Shown: positions 13,374-26,800 of the stretch, piece by piece
How the letters are laid out: each line of letters starts with the position of its first letter
How positions within the stretch are numbered: position 1 is the first letter of the stretch
From: Lingula anatina
Taxonomy: Eukaryota > Animalia > Brachiopoda
Reading direction: 5' to 3'
Assembly (NCBI GenBank): GCA_051362555.1
Contig: CM120640.1
Location: 54,538,788 to 54,602,787 of the forward strand
DNA length: 64,000 nucleotides
Translations under genes and position numbers: made by a program
Notes under the pieces: generated by a model
Databases searched by the model: none
Told to the model about the DNA's origin: nothing
The model's input: the letters and a program-made list of their open reading frames with translations, nothing else

Positions 13374-15210
13374 ACCGATAACACGATAAGTGGAAAACCA
13401 TTTTGCCTTTTGATTTGAAACTTGCAGAACTGATGAATATTCATAATACGCAGGTCAAGTTCGAAAATCAGCATGATCGGGTCACTCTTAGGGAATTTAT
13501 GCTGTTTTTTCACTTTTTTCAACATATATGCAGCACCGATAACACAATAAGTGGAAAACCATTGTACCTTTTGGCTTGAAACTTACAGTACTGATGAATA
13601 TTCATAATACGCAGGTCGAGTTCGAAAATCAGCATGATCGGGTCACTTATAGGGAATTTATGCTGTTTTTTCACTTTTTTCAGCATATATGCAGCACCGA
13701 TAACACGATAAGTGGAAAACCATTTCACCTTTTGGCTTGAAACTTACAGAACTGATGAATATACATAATACACAGGTCAAGTTCGAAAATCAGCGTGATT
13801 GGGTCATTTTTAGTGAATTTAGGCTATTTTTTTATTCTCTTTTTTCAGCATATATGCAGCACCGATAACACCATAAATGGAAAACCATTTGATCTTTTGG
13901 CTTGAAACCTACAGAACTGATGAATATTCATAATACGCAGGTCAAGTTCGAAAATCAGCATGATTGGGTCATTTTTAGTGAATTTAGGCTATTTTTTCAC
14001 TTTTTTTCAGCATTTTTGCAACACTGATAACACAATAAATGAAGAGCTGTTTTACCCTTTGGCTTGAAACTTACAGAACTGATAAATATTCATAATACGC
14101 AGGTCAAGTTCAAAAATCAGCACGATCGGGTCACTTATAGGGAATTTATGCTGTTTTTTTTCACTTTTTTCAGTATATATGCAACACTGATAACACAATA
14201 TAAGAAAAACAGATTGGCCAATTGTCATTATACTCACAGGAGGGGCCAATCTTACTAAAACACAGGTTGAGTTTGAAAATCAGCATAATGAGTCCATTAT
14301 TTTAAAAGGTAATGCTGTTTTTTATGTACAGACACAGATGTGTCTGTACATATAGCCATCATCTGCGTCTGTCGTCGCCGTCGCCGTCGTCGCTGTCGCC
14401 GTCGTCGCCGTCGCCGTGCACTTTTACCGATAACACGATAAGTGGAAAACCATTTTGCCTTTTGATTTGAAACTTACAGTACCGATGAATATTCATAATA
14501 CGCAGGTCGAGTTCGAAAATCAGCATGATCGGGTCACTTATAGGGAATTTATGCTGTTTTTTCACTTTTTTCAGCATATATGCAGCACCGATAACACGAT
14601 AAGTGGAAAACCATTTTACCTTTTGGCTTGAAACTTACAGAACTGATGAATATTCATAATACGCAGGTCAAGTTCGAAAATCAGCATGATTGGGTCATTT
14701 TTAGTGAATTTAGGCTATTTTTTCTCTTTTTTCAGCATATATGCAGCACCGATAACACCATAAATGGAAAACCATTTGACCTTTTGGCTTGAAACCTACA
14801 GAACTGATGAATATTCATAATACGCAGGTCAAGTTCGAAAATCAGCATGATTGGGTCATTTTTAGTGAATTTAGGCTATTTTTTCACTTTTTTTCAGCAT
14901 TTTTGCAACACTGATAACACAATAAATGAAGAGCTGTTTTACCCTTTGGCTTGAAACTTACAGAACTGATAAATATTCATAATACGCAGGTCAAGTTTGA
15001 AAATCAGCACGATCGGGTCACTTATAGGGAATTTATGCTGTTTTTTTTTCACTTTTTTCAGTATATATGCAACACTGATAACACAATATAAGAAAAACAG
15101 ATTGGCCAATTGTCATTATACTCACAGGAGGGGCCAATCTTACTAAAACGCAGGTTGAGTTTGAAAATCAGCATAATCAGTCCATTATTTTAAAAGGTAA
15201 TGCTGTTTTT
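13374..15210 (+). repeat. ~161-bp tandem satellite-like units (6 + 5 units, split by a second element head at 14322)
   Basis: Anchor acygataacac recurs at 13374, 13535, 13696, 13861, 14023, 14186, then about 14425, 14587, 14747, 14910, 15074. Confidence 0.92.
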
Positions 15211-15619
15211 TCACATTTCCTCACATTCAATTCTTAGGCATGTTAACAGTCTCATTATTGAACTAATAAGATACGTAAATGTGTTTGTTTGGCATTTCCT
15301 GCATCTTTACAACATTGTTAGTTGATTTTGTAAAAATGATGGTAAACTTGTTATCATGTATTGTGTAATAAAGTGTCAAAAATGGAAATAAACTCATATC
15401 ATTGCAGTTTGTCAGATGCATTCATCCACTATGTTCAGAATCTCAGAATGGAGGAAGTTGGGCATTTAAAACTGTTCTATTGATACTTTTCCCATCTCAT
15501 CAATTTTCTTCATTGGTCATATAAAAATGGCAGTAAACTGTTTATTTTGTTTTATGTTTAAAAAGTGTTAAAAATGGAAATAAACCCATTTCAGAACAGT
15601 GCTGTATTGTTTACATTTT

Positions 15620-17100
15620 GGCATTTTCAATATGTGACTTTGAAGTTCCATGGGCCTGAAGGCTTTTGCTAGTCACATTTTCTGAATAACCATGATACTA
15701 ATATTTTATAATTAAAAATTGATGGTCATTATGCTGTAAAACATTATGTAATATTGCATGAAAATTTGAAGAAACCCCTATTTTGGGCACTGCTCCCAAG
15801 ATGACCATTTAAGGAAAATCATGTCACTTACTGTTCTCAAACTTACAGGAAAGAAACATGGGACTAAAATACAGCTCCAGTAGGCAATGCAGTCTGTTTG
15901 GTAAATTTTTCTGGCAATTAAACAGTTTTTTGTGAAAATTTAATTTTTCACTTATTGGCATTTTCAAGGTGTGACTTTGAAGTTCCATGATCCTGACGAC
16001 CTTTGCTTGTCACATTTCCTGAATATCCGTGATACTAATATTTTATAATTAAAAATTGATGGTCATTATGCTGTTAAACATTATGTAATGTTGCATCAAA
16101 ATTTGAAGAAACCCCTATTTTGGGCACTGCTCCCATGATGACCATTTAACAAAAATCATGTCAATTACTGTTCTCAAACTTACAGGAAAGAAACATGGGT
16201 CTAAAATACAGCTTCAGTAGGCAATGCAGTCTGTTTGGTAAATTTTTCTGGCAATTAAACAGTTTTTTGTGAAAATTTAATTTTTCACATATTGACATTT
16301 CCAAGGTGCGACTTAGAACCTCCACGGGCTTGAAGGCCCGTGCTAGTCACATTTTGTGAAAATCCATGACACTTATATTTTATTATTAAAAATCGATGGT
16401 CATTATGCTGTTAAGCATTATGTAATGTTGCATCAAAATAGAAGAAAACACAATTTTTGGTGCTGCTGCCTTGATGACCATTATGGAAAAACCATGTTAC
16501 TTATGACTGTCAAACTTTCAAAAAAGAAACACAGGACTAAAATGCAGCCTGAGTTAGAAAAGCAGTCTAATTGGCTTCTTTTTCTGGAAGTTATACATTT
16601 TAGTGTTATATTCATTATCTTTTTTGGCATATTCATTGTGGGACTCGGAGCTCCCATGGACATGAAGCCAAATGGTAATCATATTTTCTACATGTCCATC
16701 CTATTTATAGTCAATAAACAAAAATTGGTGATAATTATTCTCTAATTTATTATGTAATGTTACATCAAAATTGACAATCTTTTCGCACTGCTACTGCAAA
16801 CATTATGAAAAGAAAACTGTGCTACTTATTATAATTTTAAACTTACAAGTACGATTTTTAGGATTGGCCTTCAGCTCATGAGAAAACCAGCTCTATTGGA
16901 TTATCATGTTTATTGTATTTATGCATTTTTTGTGAAATTTTCATTTTTCTCAATCTGGCACTTTCTAAGTATAAACTTGAACTCTGATGGGCCTGAAGCC
17001 TTATGCTTTTACTTTCGTCTGTGTTACCTGTTGTGCATAAGTTGATGTTGACTGTGCAGTTAAACATAATGTATTATTGCATCAGGATTGGTATTCTCCT
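15620..17100 (+). repeat. ~335-bp diverged tandem units inside HINE copy 1
   Basis: Anchor ggcattttcaa..gtgactttgaagttccatg..cctgaag recurs near 15620, 15957, 16295, 16626 and 16957 with increasing divergence. Confidence 0.8.
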
Positions 17101-17376
17101 ATTTTGGGCATTATGGTTTTGTGCTTTTCTTAAGGTGTGACTTATGGGCCTGAAGACCTTTGAGTGGGTCAGTCTGTAAATTACCCTTGGGTATCACTAG
17201 ATTAATTTCAGAGTTATAAAGTCATTTGCTTTATAGGCCATTAAATGAGATTACGTAAAGCACACTTGTTGATATTTCCCTGTAAACTCCCAAAGGTAAA
17301 GCTCTTTGCTAGATTAATAATAAGGAAGCAGTGATAATTATGCAGGTAAATTTTGTTTAATATTGCAAATAAGTTT

Positions 17377-17380
<4 letters not shown>

Positions 17381-17452
<72 letters not shown>
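17381..17452. repeat. (TA)n microsatellite
   Basis: Perfect run; other (TA)n runs near 21628, 57788 and 59418. Confidence 0.95.
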
Positions 17453-17459
<7 letters not shown>

Positions 17460-17506
17460 CAAACTGGAAGATTAAAAGTTTGAATAGCAGCTTCATTGGA
17501 ATTATA

Positions 17507-17743
17507 TTTACCTCAAGCTCTGCCAAGGAGGTTATATTTTCACCCCTGTTTGTCTGTCATCCACATAACACAAAAAGTTATGGACTGATTTTGCAGAAAT
17601 TTTCAGGAACTGTCGGAAGTGGGCCAAAGAGGACAATGATTAATTTTTGGTGGTGGTCCGGATCAATAATCAATCAATTATCAATAATAATCAACAATTG
17701 CTGCCTTGGCAGAGGTCTGCACTCTCAAAGTGCTTTTCTAGTT
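17507..17743 (+). mobile_element. Small DINE/HINE-like element nested in HINE copy 1
   Basis: tttacctc..tgccaaggaggttat..tgtttgtctgtc ... ccttggcagaggt-ctgcactctcaaagtgcttttctagtt (subterminal inverted repeat, hairpin, CTAGTT); absent at the homologous T-rich site in copy 2 (~56790). Confidence 0.7.
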
Positions 17744-19073
17744 TTGTTGTTTTTCTTTATAATTTTTTCTCAAACACTTGCATTTGTGACTTTTAGCCCC
17801 AGGCAGGCTCTCATCTGCCTGGGGCTCTGCACATTTTCTGTATTTCTACATAAGCAGTTGTATTGTTTTTTATGTCTTTAAACATTATGTAATATTATTT
17901 TATGCACTGTCATCATTTTTCAAATATTGAGACTTTCATAATGTGAATTTGAACTCTCATGGTCCTGAAACTGTAATCTTATTGAAGGGGTGGATTGAGA
18001 CCATCTTCTGGGTCTTCCGGAAGACAGTCAGGTTATTAAGTTTATATTGACTGGTATCTATTTTTTTCTGTTGGAAGACCATCAAAATGGAGGATGGATC
18101 AACATAGATACTTTGTAATACTGTCAGAAAATATCTCTGGGTCCGCTCCTGTTATTGACCATGTTACCTGTTGTGCAAGATTAAAATTCAGTGTTGACTG
18201 ACAGTGCTATTATAAGCATTATTTATTATTGCATCAAAATTGACAAAATGACCTTTTTTGCATCTTTATTTTCTGTTTTTTGTCTGTACATTTGACAGCT
18301 TTGCTGCCTTGTTCTTGTGTTAGAAAAGGTATTTACAAGAAATTTCATACCCAATATCTAGGTTTCTAAACTGACTTTTGATACAAATATTTTTTCATTG
18401 ATTGTTAAAGTATCAATTAATCTAATCTTTAAACCTGACAGATGTCACAGTGGACTGTTCCTTGTAGTCACCAAGCTCCACAGAGCAGTAACCATTGCAG
18501 GTTTGCAGTCATTGTGAATGTGGAAAATCACATATGATAAAAAGCATTTAAAGAAAGAATGTTAATATTGAGGAACATTTTTACTGTGTATTTGACAAAG
18601 TAGTTATGTTCTGCATGAGATTATATAAGTCTGAGGTTTTTATGGAATCTGCTACACAACAGCAACAGTCAAATTTTAATTCTGCTGACTAGGTTTGTAT
18701 TCTCTCAGTCATTTCACTATCAGCCAACAGAGCTGTGAACATTCTTTAAAATCTACATTTTGTCATGATCAAGTAACTTAACATGCGTAAGTCAATTATA
18801 GTTACTGTTAAGTATTGTGTGTGATGTCAATAGGATTTTTCATGTTAATAAAATTAATAAACATGCATTAGAATGTTGTTTCAAAGAAAGAGTTTAATTG
18901 TGAGTGGTTTTGTGTTTTCTAATGAAAGTATTTGCATGACAGTCAGTAATAACACAGATGTTGGATAAAACAAATCGTACAATGGGGGCTTGCTTTAATG
19001 GGCATTGCTTCAACTCATTATGTGCAAACTGCTGTCCCAAGTGAGCTACATATCTATATATCAGGATATGTTA

Positions 19074-19288
19074 AGGACTGTTCACAATGAACATTGTCGA
19101 CCTAGCTAATGCACACTAACTCCATGGAGATTTTTGCTGATTGCAATCAGATTAATAGACTAACATGCTTCCTCTTGTTTCCAATGTACTGGTGTAATCT
19201 CAATGCAAGGTGTGCTGGTATGTTATTCTGATTGCATTCAGAGAGTGTGTATTAGCTAGGTCAACAAAAGTCATTGTGAACAGTCCCT
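19074..19288. mobile_element. MITE, PIF/Harbinger-like (TTA/TAA flanks)
   Basis: Imperfect ~45-bp TIR ggactgttcacaatga..gacctagctaat / attagctaggtc..tcattgtgaacagtcc. Confidence 0.7.
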
Positions 19289-20853
19289 TAATAAAAGTAG
19301 CTTATATCAGGACCAGACATTACCTGATTGGCAAGGAGGAGTAACTGAATGAGGGAAGCTTGTCAGCAAAGTTTGTGTAATATTTACTGACCCAGAGATA
19401 GAAGGTATTTGACAACAACCAGGCCAATATTCATCAATAGAACACTGCTCTCGGCACACCTAGTGTATCTGTAGAGAAACTATTGAGATTAGAAAGCAAG
19501 GAAAAATTTTAAAAATCACTCTTCATAGAGAATATTGAGCAGATTGTACTGATTCATATAGCCCTGGACTTATCCTATAATTATAAATGTTCCTGTTCTT
19601 CTTTTTTTTATATAAACTGCCACTTTCAACTTAATAATTAATATAGAAATTAATTGCTTTTATTGTGGATTAATCTGGCTTTCTTAGTCAAGGAGCTCTA
19701 ATACCCTCTTTGCCCTCCTGAGAAGGAACACCATTTTATACTTAACACACTCAAAAGTTCAAAGCCTAATAACTTCTTAAGCAAGTTTATCTTGTGTGAG
19801 CTCATGATGTCTCCTTGTCAATGTGTTCACTTTGTAAATTTGTATCTGTCAAGGAAAGGATTAAGTTAGAGAACTTTTAAGATCACAGCTTATATTATGT
19901 CAATGTTCTGCATATCTGTTTGGTAGATTTACAGAACATGTTGTATACTAATATAAGTTTTAAGCACTAGTCTCTAGTTTTATAAAGTGTTTTGAAAGCA
20001 GCGCAAGGTTTGTAAAGTTCAGTCTGAGTTGTTAGCTATTTTGAAATAGGACATTTATTTCTACAAGTGGAGATGTGATTTAGGGATTTTTTGAACTCAG
20101 TGAGATATTTTGGCTGAATAGTCTGCCTGGCATGTCTGCAAGCTTGTAGTTTAAACATGTAGCATGATGAATTATTTTGACATGCCAGTACATTTTTGGT
20201 GAATGGTAGAAAATTTTATGTAAGTCATGAATATTATCATCAGAAATTGTTCTTATTCATAATATACATGAGGTTAGACAGTAAGTCGGTAGCAGAAAAT
20301 TACATATTTAGAGGATTGACAAAAGCTTTGTGAAATCTTCAGCTGAAGCCAGGTGTATTGATTCGGATGACGTCCTTAATTGGACAGTATACTGTTGGAT
20401 TTGCTGCTCTGTTGTGCTAAATTGATTCTTCTGCATGTGAGTATGGATGCATGGCATTAGTCTGATATCATTAGGTAGAAAAATACATCCAGTTGTTATT
20501 CTAGAAGTATCTGTCTGGTAGCGTCTTGATGAATAGACTAGGTTGGTTAGACCGGTTGCCACTCAGCTGTGTGCCAGACTGTACCTGACTGGAACACTAT
20601 CTGCTTCGCTCTGGTAGAACTGTGCAGGTTGCTCTGGGTAAAAACGCCTGCAAAGACCAATCTTTTTTAAATGTTTAACATTACACATTTACCAGAAGAG
20701 TGATACCGTTACTATCACACAAACATTTTGCAATTTTTCCCTAATCAAAGGTTTTATTAAGATTTCACAGTTATTTGATAGTTTCATTTTTTTTTTCTTT
20801 CAGATTCATAGGGCACCAGCTTCTTTCTTGATTTTCTCTCTTAGAAGACCACC

Positions 20854-23800
20854 ATGAGGTTTGAGGACATTATTCCATACCTGGGTGACTTTGGGAAGTT
20901 TCAGAAGATACAGCTTTTTCTGCTATGCTTGCCAATATGGGTGACTGGCATGCACGCATTGGCCATGACTTTCCTTGCTGCCAGCCAGGAGTATAGGTAT
21001 TGCTTTTTCTTATCTAAAATGTTAATGTCCAATTTTTCTAAGATTTTTTTTTTTATTTTTGTTTATAGTATGCCTGTTTTAGCTGATATTTAATGCATAA
21101 AATATTTGAATTAAATTAATTTACTTTCCATAATTTAATGTAAGTACTGTAGATGTGCTGAAAGGAGTAGTAGTTCAATAATTTTAGGCATTTTGCCAGT
21201 ACCACATAAACACATAATTAATGAAAAGTAATTAACAGCATGCTTAACCTGGACATGCCATACATCATTTATGAACTCCATACCATGCCTTGCACTGCCA
21301 GAGTCCACTTAACTTGGCACTTGTGTAATCACTGATGTGTGATGCACTTCTAGATGTGTATTTTTATTGATGCCACCTGACATGCCATTTTTTTAAATTT
21401 CAACTCTGTATGGGGTACTGTATTTAAAATGGCTACAACACTGTTCTACCACAATAGAAAGGCCTCAGTCATTTTAAATATTTCACCACATTTTTGAAAT
21501 GGTTTCAGCTTTTCAACTGAAATATATAATACATATATCCCAATAGTTTAAATTGCATTCTGACAACACCTGCATGTTCATTAAGATACAGTCTCCTGTG
21601 TTTACTTTTTTTTTCATGACTGAAAGTAATATATATATATATATATATATTAGTTACCAGCAGCACTACAGTTTAGCTTTTTGAGTTCATTACTGTTCTT
21701 AAAGCTTCAAAGTATCAAAAGTAAAACAATCTCTGTACAGTTTAAGAATCTGGTTAAAAACACTGTTTTGTAAATACCAAGAAATAAAACAAATGTTTTG
21801 AAGGAATAAACTTGTACTAGGTACTTAATTTCAGAAAAAAAAGGCACATGGTGATTTTTCTTGATAAAAATCATCTGATTATTTTGTTTTCCCACTGGTT
21901 TAAGTAAATGATTGATGAATAAAGGGATTGTTTACTTTGAACTTTGAAAATCGGGGATTTTATACATAAGTCTTTCATTTCCTCATATAATGAGGTTTTG
22001 TTAACATGAGTCGACCAGCATGATCTGAAAGATTCTTGTCAACTATGGTTAGTGCTGTTTGGAGTTCTTTGGAATTTGAAATGGCATTAGTTTTGGGTTC
22101 TACCTGATAAAGCCAAAGGTGCTTGGGTATATATTGATATTTTTTAAGAGGAGTAAAGCATTGGATGAGGTCAAGCCAGTGGACTTACTAAGGTCCCAGA
22201 AAGGGATTGGATTACATAAAGACGGTATTGAGTATCAAACGTTGGGCATACAATGTAGTGAATCTCTTTTAGAAGTGGAAATAATGACCGTTCAACAAAA
22301 TCCCGTCACATTCTGTTACACATGTTCTATCATTGTTTTCCATAAGGAAGAATTAGCATAGAAAGAGGCTCTAGGTGATTAATGCACATACAAGAAGTTT
22401 GTGCCAATGCATAACTGTACTTTTAAGTACTATTTAAAAATAGTGACTGTAGCACATGGTCAACCTGATAAGTAAGGTTCTTTATAATTACATACTGCTG
22501 GTGAACCTCAGGCCCATAGACAGCAATTTCAAAAGAAGGGTTCTTTTTCTGAAAAAGTGGACCTTTTACCATGAAACCTTCATGTACCTAGATAAAATTT
22601 TACCCAGAGGGGACCTTTTCCTGGCAAAAAGGGGGTTCTTTCAAACTTAGCAATAAAAGGTTATTTTGATTGCTGTTTATGACCTCTCCCAAATATTGAG
22701 CCTTTTATGAAGCATTGACCAAGAGATGCACTAAAAGCCCTCTGTTAGTTAGGAACACACTGATTATTCATTGCCTTTAGCAAGCCATAGCTATTGATTC
22801 CACACCATGCAGCTTTTCATATATTCCAGTTTATACCCCCCCTTACTCCCCTGCTTACTCTATTTAGTTTAAGGAAATTTTAACATGCTAGGTAATCTAT
22901 TTAGCCAGTTTTGTAGGAAGCAATTCCATTGTGATTAGCTATGAGATGAAGGCTTGTATTCTAATGACTAGTAAAGCCCAGCAGTCTGTTTTCCATCTTT
23001 TATTAAGCATTATCAGCCTGCTTACATTATTTACAGTAAGAAATCGATAACATTGTATTTGTTGTACATGTTCAGTGTATCTAATTTTGAATGTATCTGT
23101 ATGGGTAAGACGAAACTCTTCATTTCTGCTATTATGTTATACAATACTAGTTTTATTTCATGTTGGGTAGAAGTTGTAGAAAAACATAAATTTGTAGCTA
23201 TTCACCGACAGGGGATCACCAAACAATATTTACATATGAACTCTAATAAAATAGTAAAGAAAAACAGATTTTCTATGAAAAATAACCAAATACTAGCCCT
23301 TACAGTAATTATGAAGACAGAAACATTTCTACACTCAATGTAATATTAACACATGAAATCTACTTAAGTAGTAAATGAAGACATATTTTCCTTGAAAAAT
23401 ATGGTGCATTGCTGCAAAAGCCAATTTGTTTAAAGAAGAAAATTGAAAATTGCAACATCATTACTGTTCCTTTTTAGAATAATGGAGTGGTGTGCTTATG
23501 GAGTGTTCAATTTGTAATTTACTGGTGAGGAAAGCAAGACTGTCTGCAACATCATTAAAACCCCCTTTATACTGGACATCATCCTTTCTCTGTCCTTTGT
23601 GTGACCATGAAACTGGCATCGCTGTGGTTGTAGAAAGGAGGCACAAGCATGGCTTTGGTTGCGAATGAATGCTCAGTGGTCGACATGTTAGCGGCCTGTA
23701 ATTTTTTTTTTTTTTTTACTCTTAAATGGGCCATACTATGGGGCACAGAAAGGATGCTGTCCAGTGTAAAGGGGGCTTAAACAACTTGTTTGAGACATGA

Positions 23801-26800
23801 CAGCTTACTGAATAGAAATGACTTTAGTGCAATTTCTTTATAGAAGGCACAATATTATTCCTGTTTTTTTGTTTTGTGGATTATCTTAGCTATTTTTCTT
23901 TTTCAGAACCTTTGATTAAATAAAATTAACTTTTATTTGACAATAAATGCTAGATTTATTGTCTTTTGTACCATATGCTCATTCGTCTGATCTGATTAAT
24001 TTATTGGTATGAATACATTTGTAATCAAATAAATACAAGTGGGCTGGATCTCAGGAGATATATTTTTGTTTTATTCAGATAACTAATTTTTCACAATACC
24101 AGCGATAAACTGAAAAGAATTCAAATTATATGTAGCCAAAATATATTATATTTAAGAGAAGTTGGAAAAATTTTTAGTTTACTAATGTGAACATAGCAGG
24201 AAAGATAGTGGTCTTTATTCCTTCTTCATGCAGCTGTTAGATGTGAACATTGTCCAGTTTTGGTTTGGAGACAAAGGAGAGTTTGAATGCACCTGGACAA
24301 TGATATCTTATCATGTGTAGATTAACCCCAGGCATGATGTTATTTTAATATGAAGGATTACTGTACATGCACCTGTATAAACTGTTAACAACTTTCCAGC
24401 TGTGATGAAATATTGTAGTTTTATACAGAAACTTGTAAGTCTTTCTTCAGTGAGGAAACTGTTTAAAAGTTGATAAATCAACATTTACCATTGTGTTCCA
24501 TCTACTATAAATAGACGAAATTTGGATTTTGGCAATATATAGATGGATATAGGTTGCCCTCTGATCTCCTTACAGAAAATGCATAATACATATTGCACCA
24601 TCCAAACCCTATCTATTGCACCTGAAATGGCTTTCAGGCTACAGTACCTTAATCAGTCATTTTATTTTGAGTGACAAAACTATTGAATTACTTATTATAT
24701 TTTTTAGGTGTTTTGTCCCAGGTTGGGATGATTATTCCAACAAGACTGGTTCCCTCAACTACTCCTTGATATTTCCTACTGGTGAAGATGGGCAGTATGA
24801 CCGCTGTAATATCTATGCTGTCAACGTGACCAGAGGGGTGTGGTATACAATACCAGACAATACCACTGCCACAGAGCAGTGTAACCAATGGGTCTATGAC
24901 ACGTCACAGTACAAGACGTCTGTTTTCTCTCAGGTAATGAAGTGCTAGACTCTAACTAGGATGTATTAATGGTCAGGGTTAATAAACTGGATCATTTGGA
25001 CATGTTTATTTTTACTTAAATATTATCTTCAGTAATATCACCACAACCCTCATCACCATTATCAAGCTGTAGCAAATTGTGCAAATGTATGCATGGACCT
25101 CATATTGCTTACAGATGCTGAACACACCATTTCTGAAAATCAAGTATCTGATCCAGTCTATACTTTGTAACTTTATCCCTGGTCTGACTGGTGGTGTAGC
25201 CAAATTCAGACTAGTTAAATACAGACACTATAAATGACTCTCTCTATGTAAATAAATATGTAAAGATAACAGGCAGCATGCCTTGGTGCATACTGTAAGA
25301 TTGAATGTGCCTGCCTATATAAAAGTAGTAAGTTAATTACTTATGATGATCAGATATAAAAGTATGTGGCAGCTTCATTTGATATGAAACACTGCTCTAT
25401 CACAGCAATCAAAAAAGTATTACCATGAATGTTCAACCATAATGGCCATAACTGGCCTGTAAAAATGCGCCCTGAAGTGGATTTTACTCTCAGATGTAAG
25501 GTTCAGTTTTAGCACCTGTAAACTCCTGAAGGTTTTTAAAATTGTTAGTTTTGAATGCTTTGATAGATTAGAGGAGATTGAAGATATTATTTTTGTCCTT
25601 AAGGAATTTGGAAGACACCATTTCAAGATCCACAAATGATGGTAGAGTCATTATTTCTTTTACTCCAAGAATTGCATTACGGTAATTCTCCAATCTATAC
25701 GAACGCCGCAATAATTACGAACGAAACGTTTTTTCTCTGAATCTGAATTTTTTGTCTCCGTTCTGTACGAACGATCGCTAAACTCACCTTGGGCACAATT
25801 TAAATTTTCCGAACGCAAGAAAGTGTGCCCAATTGAAACTCGCCCCATGATTCGTCAAAGCGAGTTTTCAGACCACCGTTCCAAACAAAGGAACTGCCAC
25901 TTGACAGGAGAGATTGTTATCATGTATTTGTACTGTTTTTGAATGAGACGATAGAAGGACTCAACCTGCCCGCCGGCAGCTGCAGGCCAGTTTTAAAACC
26001 CTATTGTTATTTAGAAATTATTGAAAGCATCAGTACACATAAATTACTTACTGTTTATTATCATTTCTTAACTTCTGCCGGCCGACTGATCATCAACATC
26101 CACCATCGGTGTTTCACCGATAACTGGTTTCCAGTAAAATCTATAAACGTGAAACCCACGCAGAACAGAAGAGTATGAGAAATCCATAGTCAATGATCGA
26201 GTTTTTCTTTGTTTTTGGTAGTCATTAGGAAATTAAATTTTTTAAGAGGAGTTCTGTCTTGTATTGTATTTATTTTTCTAATTTGAGTTGTGATAAAGTT
26301 CATGCTTTTTTGTTTGTTTGTTTTTCCTTGTTAAAGACCTTGTCTCATGAACAACTATTAGGTAAACCTTACTGATATTGGTGATTGTGAAAAATAAAGG
26401 TGCCGTATGACTTTACACAAATTTACCTGCAGTTTTTTGTATTTTTTCTAATTAAGTTTACATTGATTGCGTGCAAATTAATATGCTGTAAAAGACTTAC
26501 ATAAATAGACGTGGATTGAGCTGATGTTATTTTTCATATCAAGTATAATCTCTATTAACGTCAGTGATATCTACTGTGAGGAGTTTCAAGTATTTTGTTT
26601 TGGCGGAAGAAATTTATGTAGGCCTAATGGGGGGGTGTGACATTATTAATATTGCAGATTTTCTATATGTGAAATCATATTAAAAGTAAATACGCATTAA
26701 ATAAAATATGCAACTGGATACGCAAATATTCTTGTCTGTTTTTGACAGAAGTTGGAAAAAACGATGTTGTCCTGTCTTGGTAAAACATAACAGGGAAAAA

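Larger units (their letters stand above)
13270..18313 (+). mobile_element. Non-autonomous Helentron/DINE-like (HINE) element, copy 1, with internal tandem arrays
   Basis: Starts in a T-run with the stem-loop tatgtacagacaca-ga-tgtgtctgtacata, then a (GTC/GCC)n microsatellite, ~161-bp tandem units and ~335-bp units; ends with inverted subterminal gtctgtacat, hairpin gacagc-ttt-gctgcc and TTGTT. No TSD. Identical termini at 54312-58334. Confidence 0.8.

Noticed and set aside
13307-14577. Repeated ORFs MLKKVKKQHKFP.. (also 54349-54546) as a small-protein family
   Set aside because: They are antisense translations of the satellite unit and the GTC/GCC microsatellite, with frame-breaking homopolymer variation between units.
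13374-15210. Regular repeats as a CRISPR array
   Set aside because: Units are contiguous 161-bp near-identical monomers with no unique spacers and no cas genes, in spliceosomal-intron DNA.
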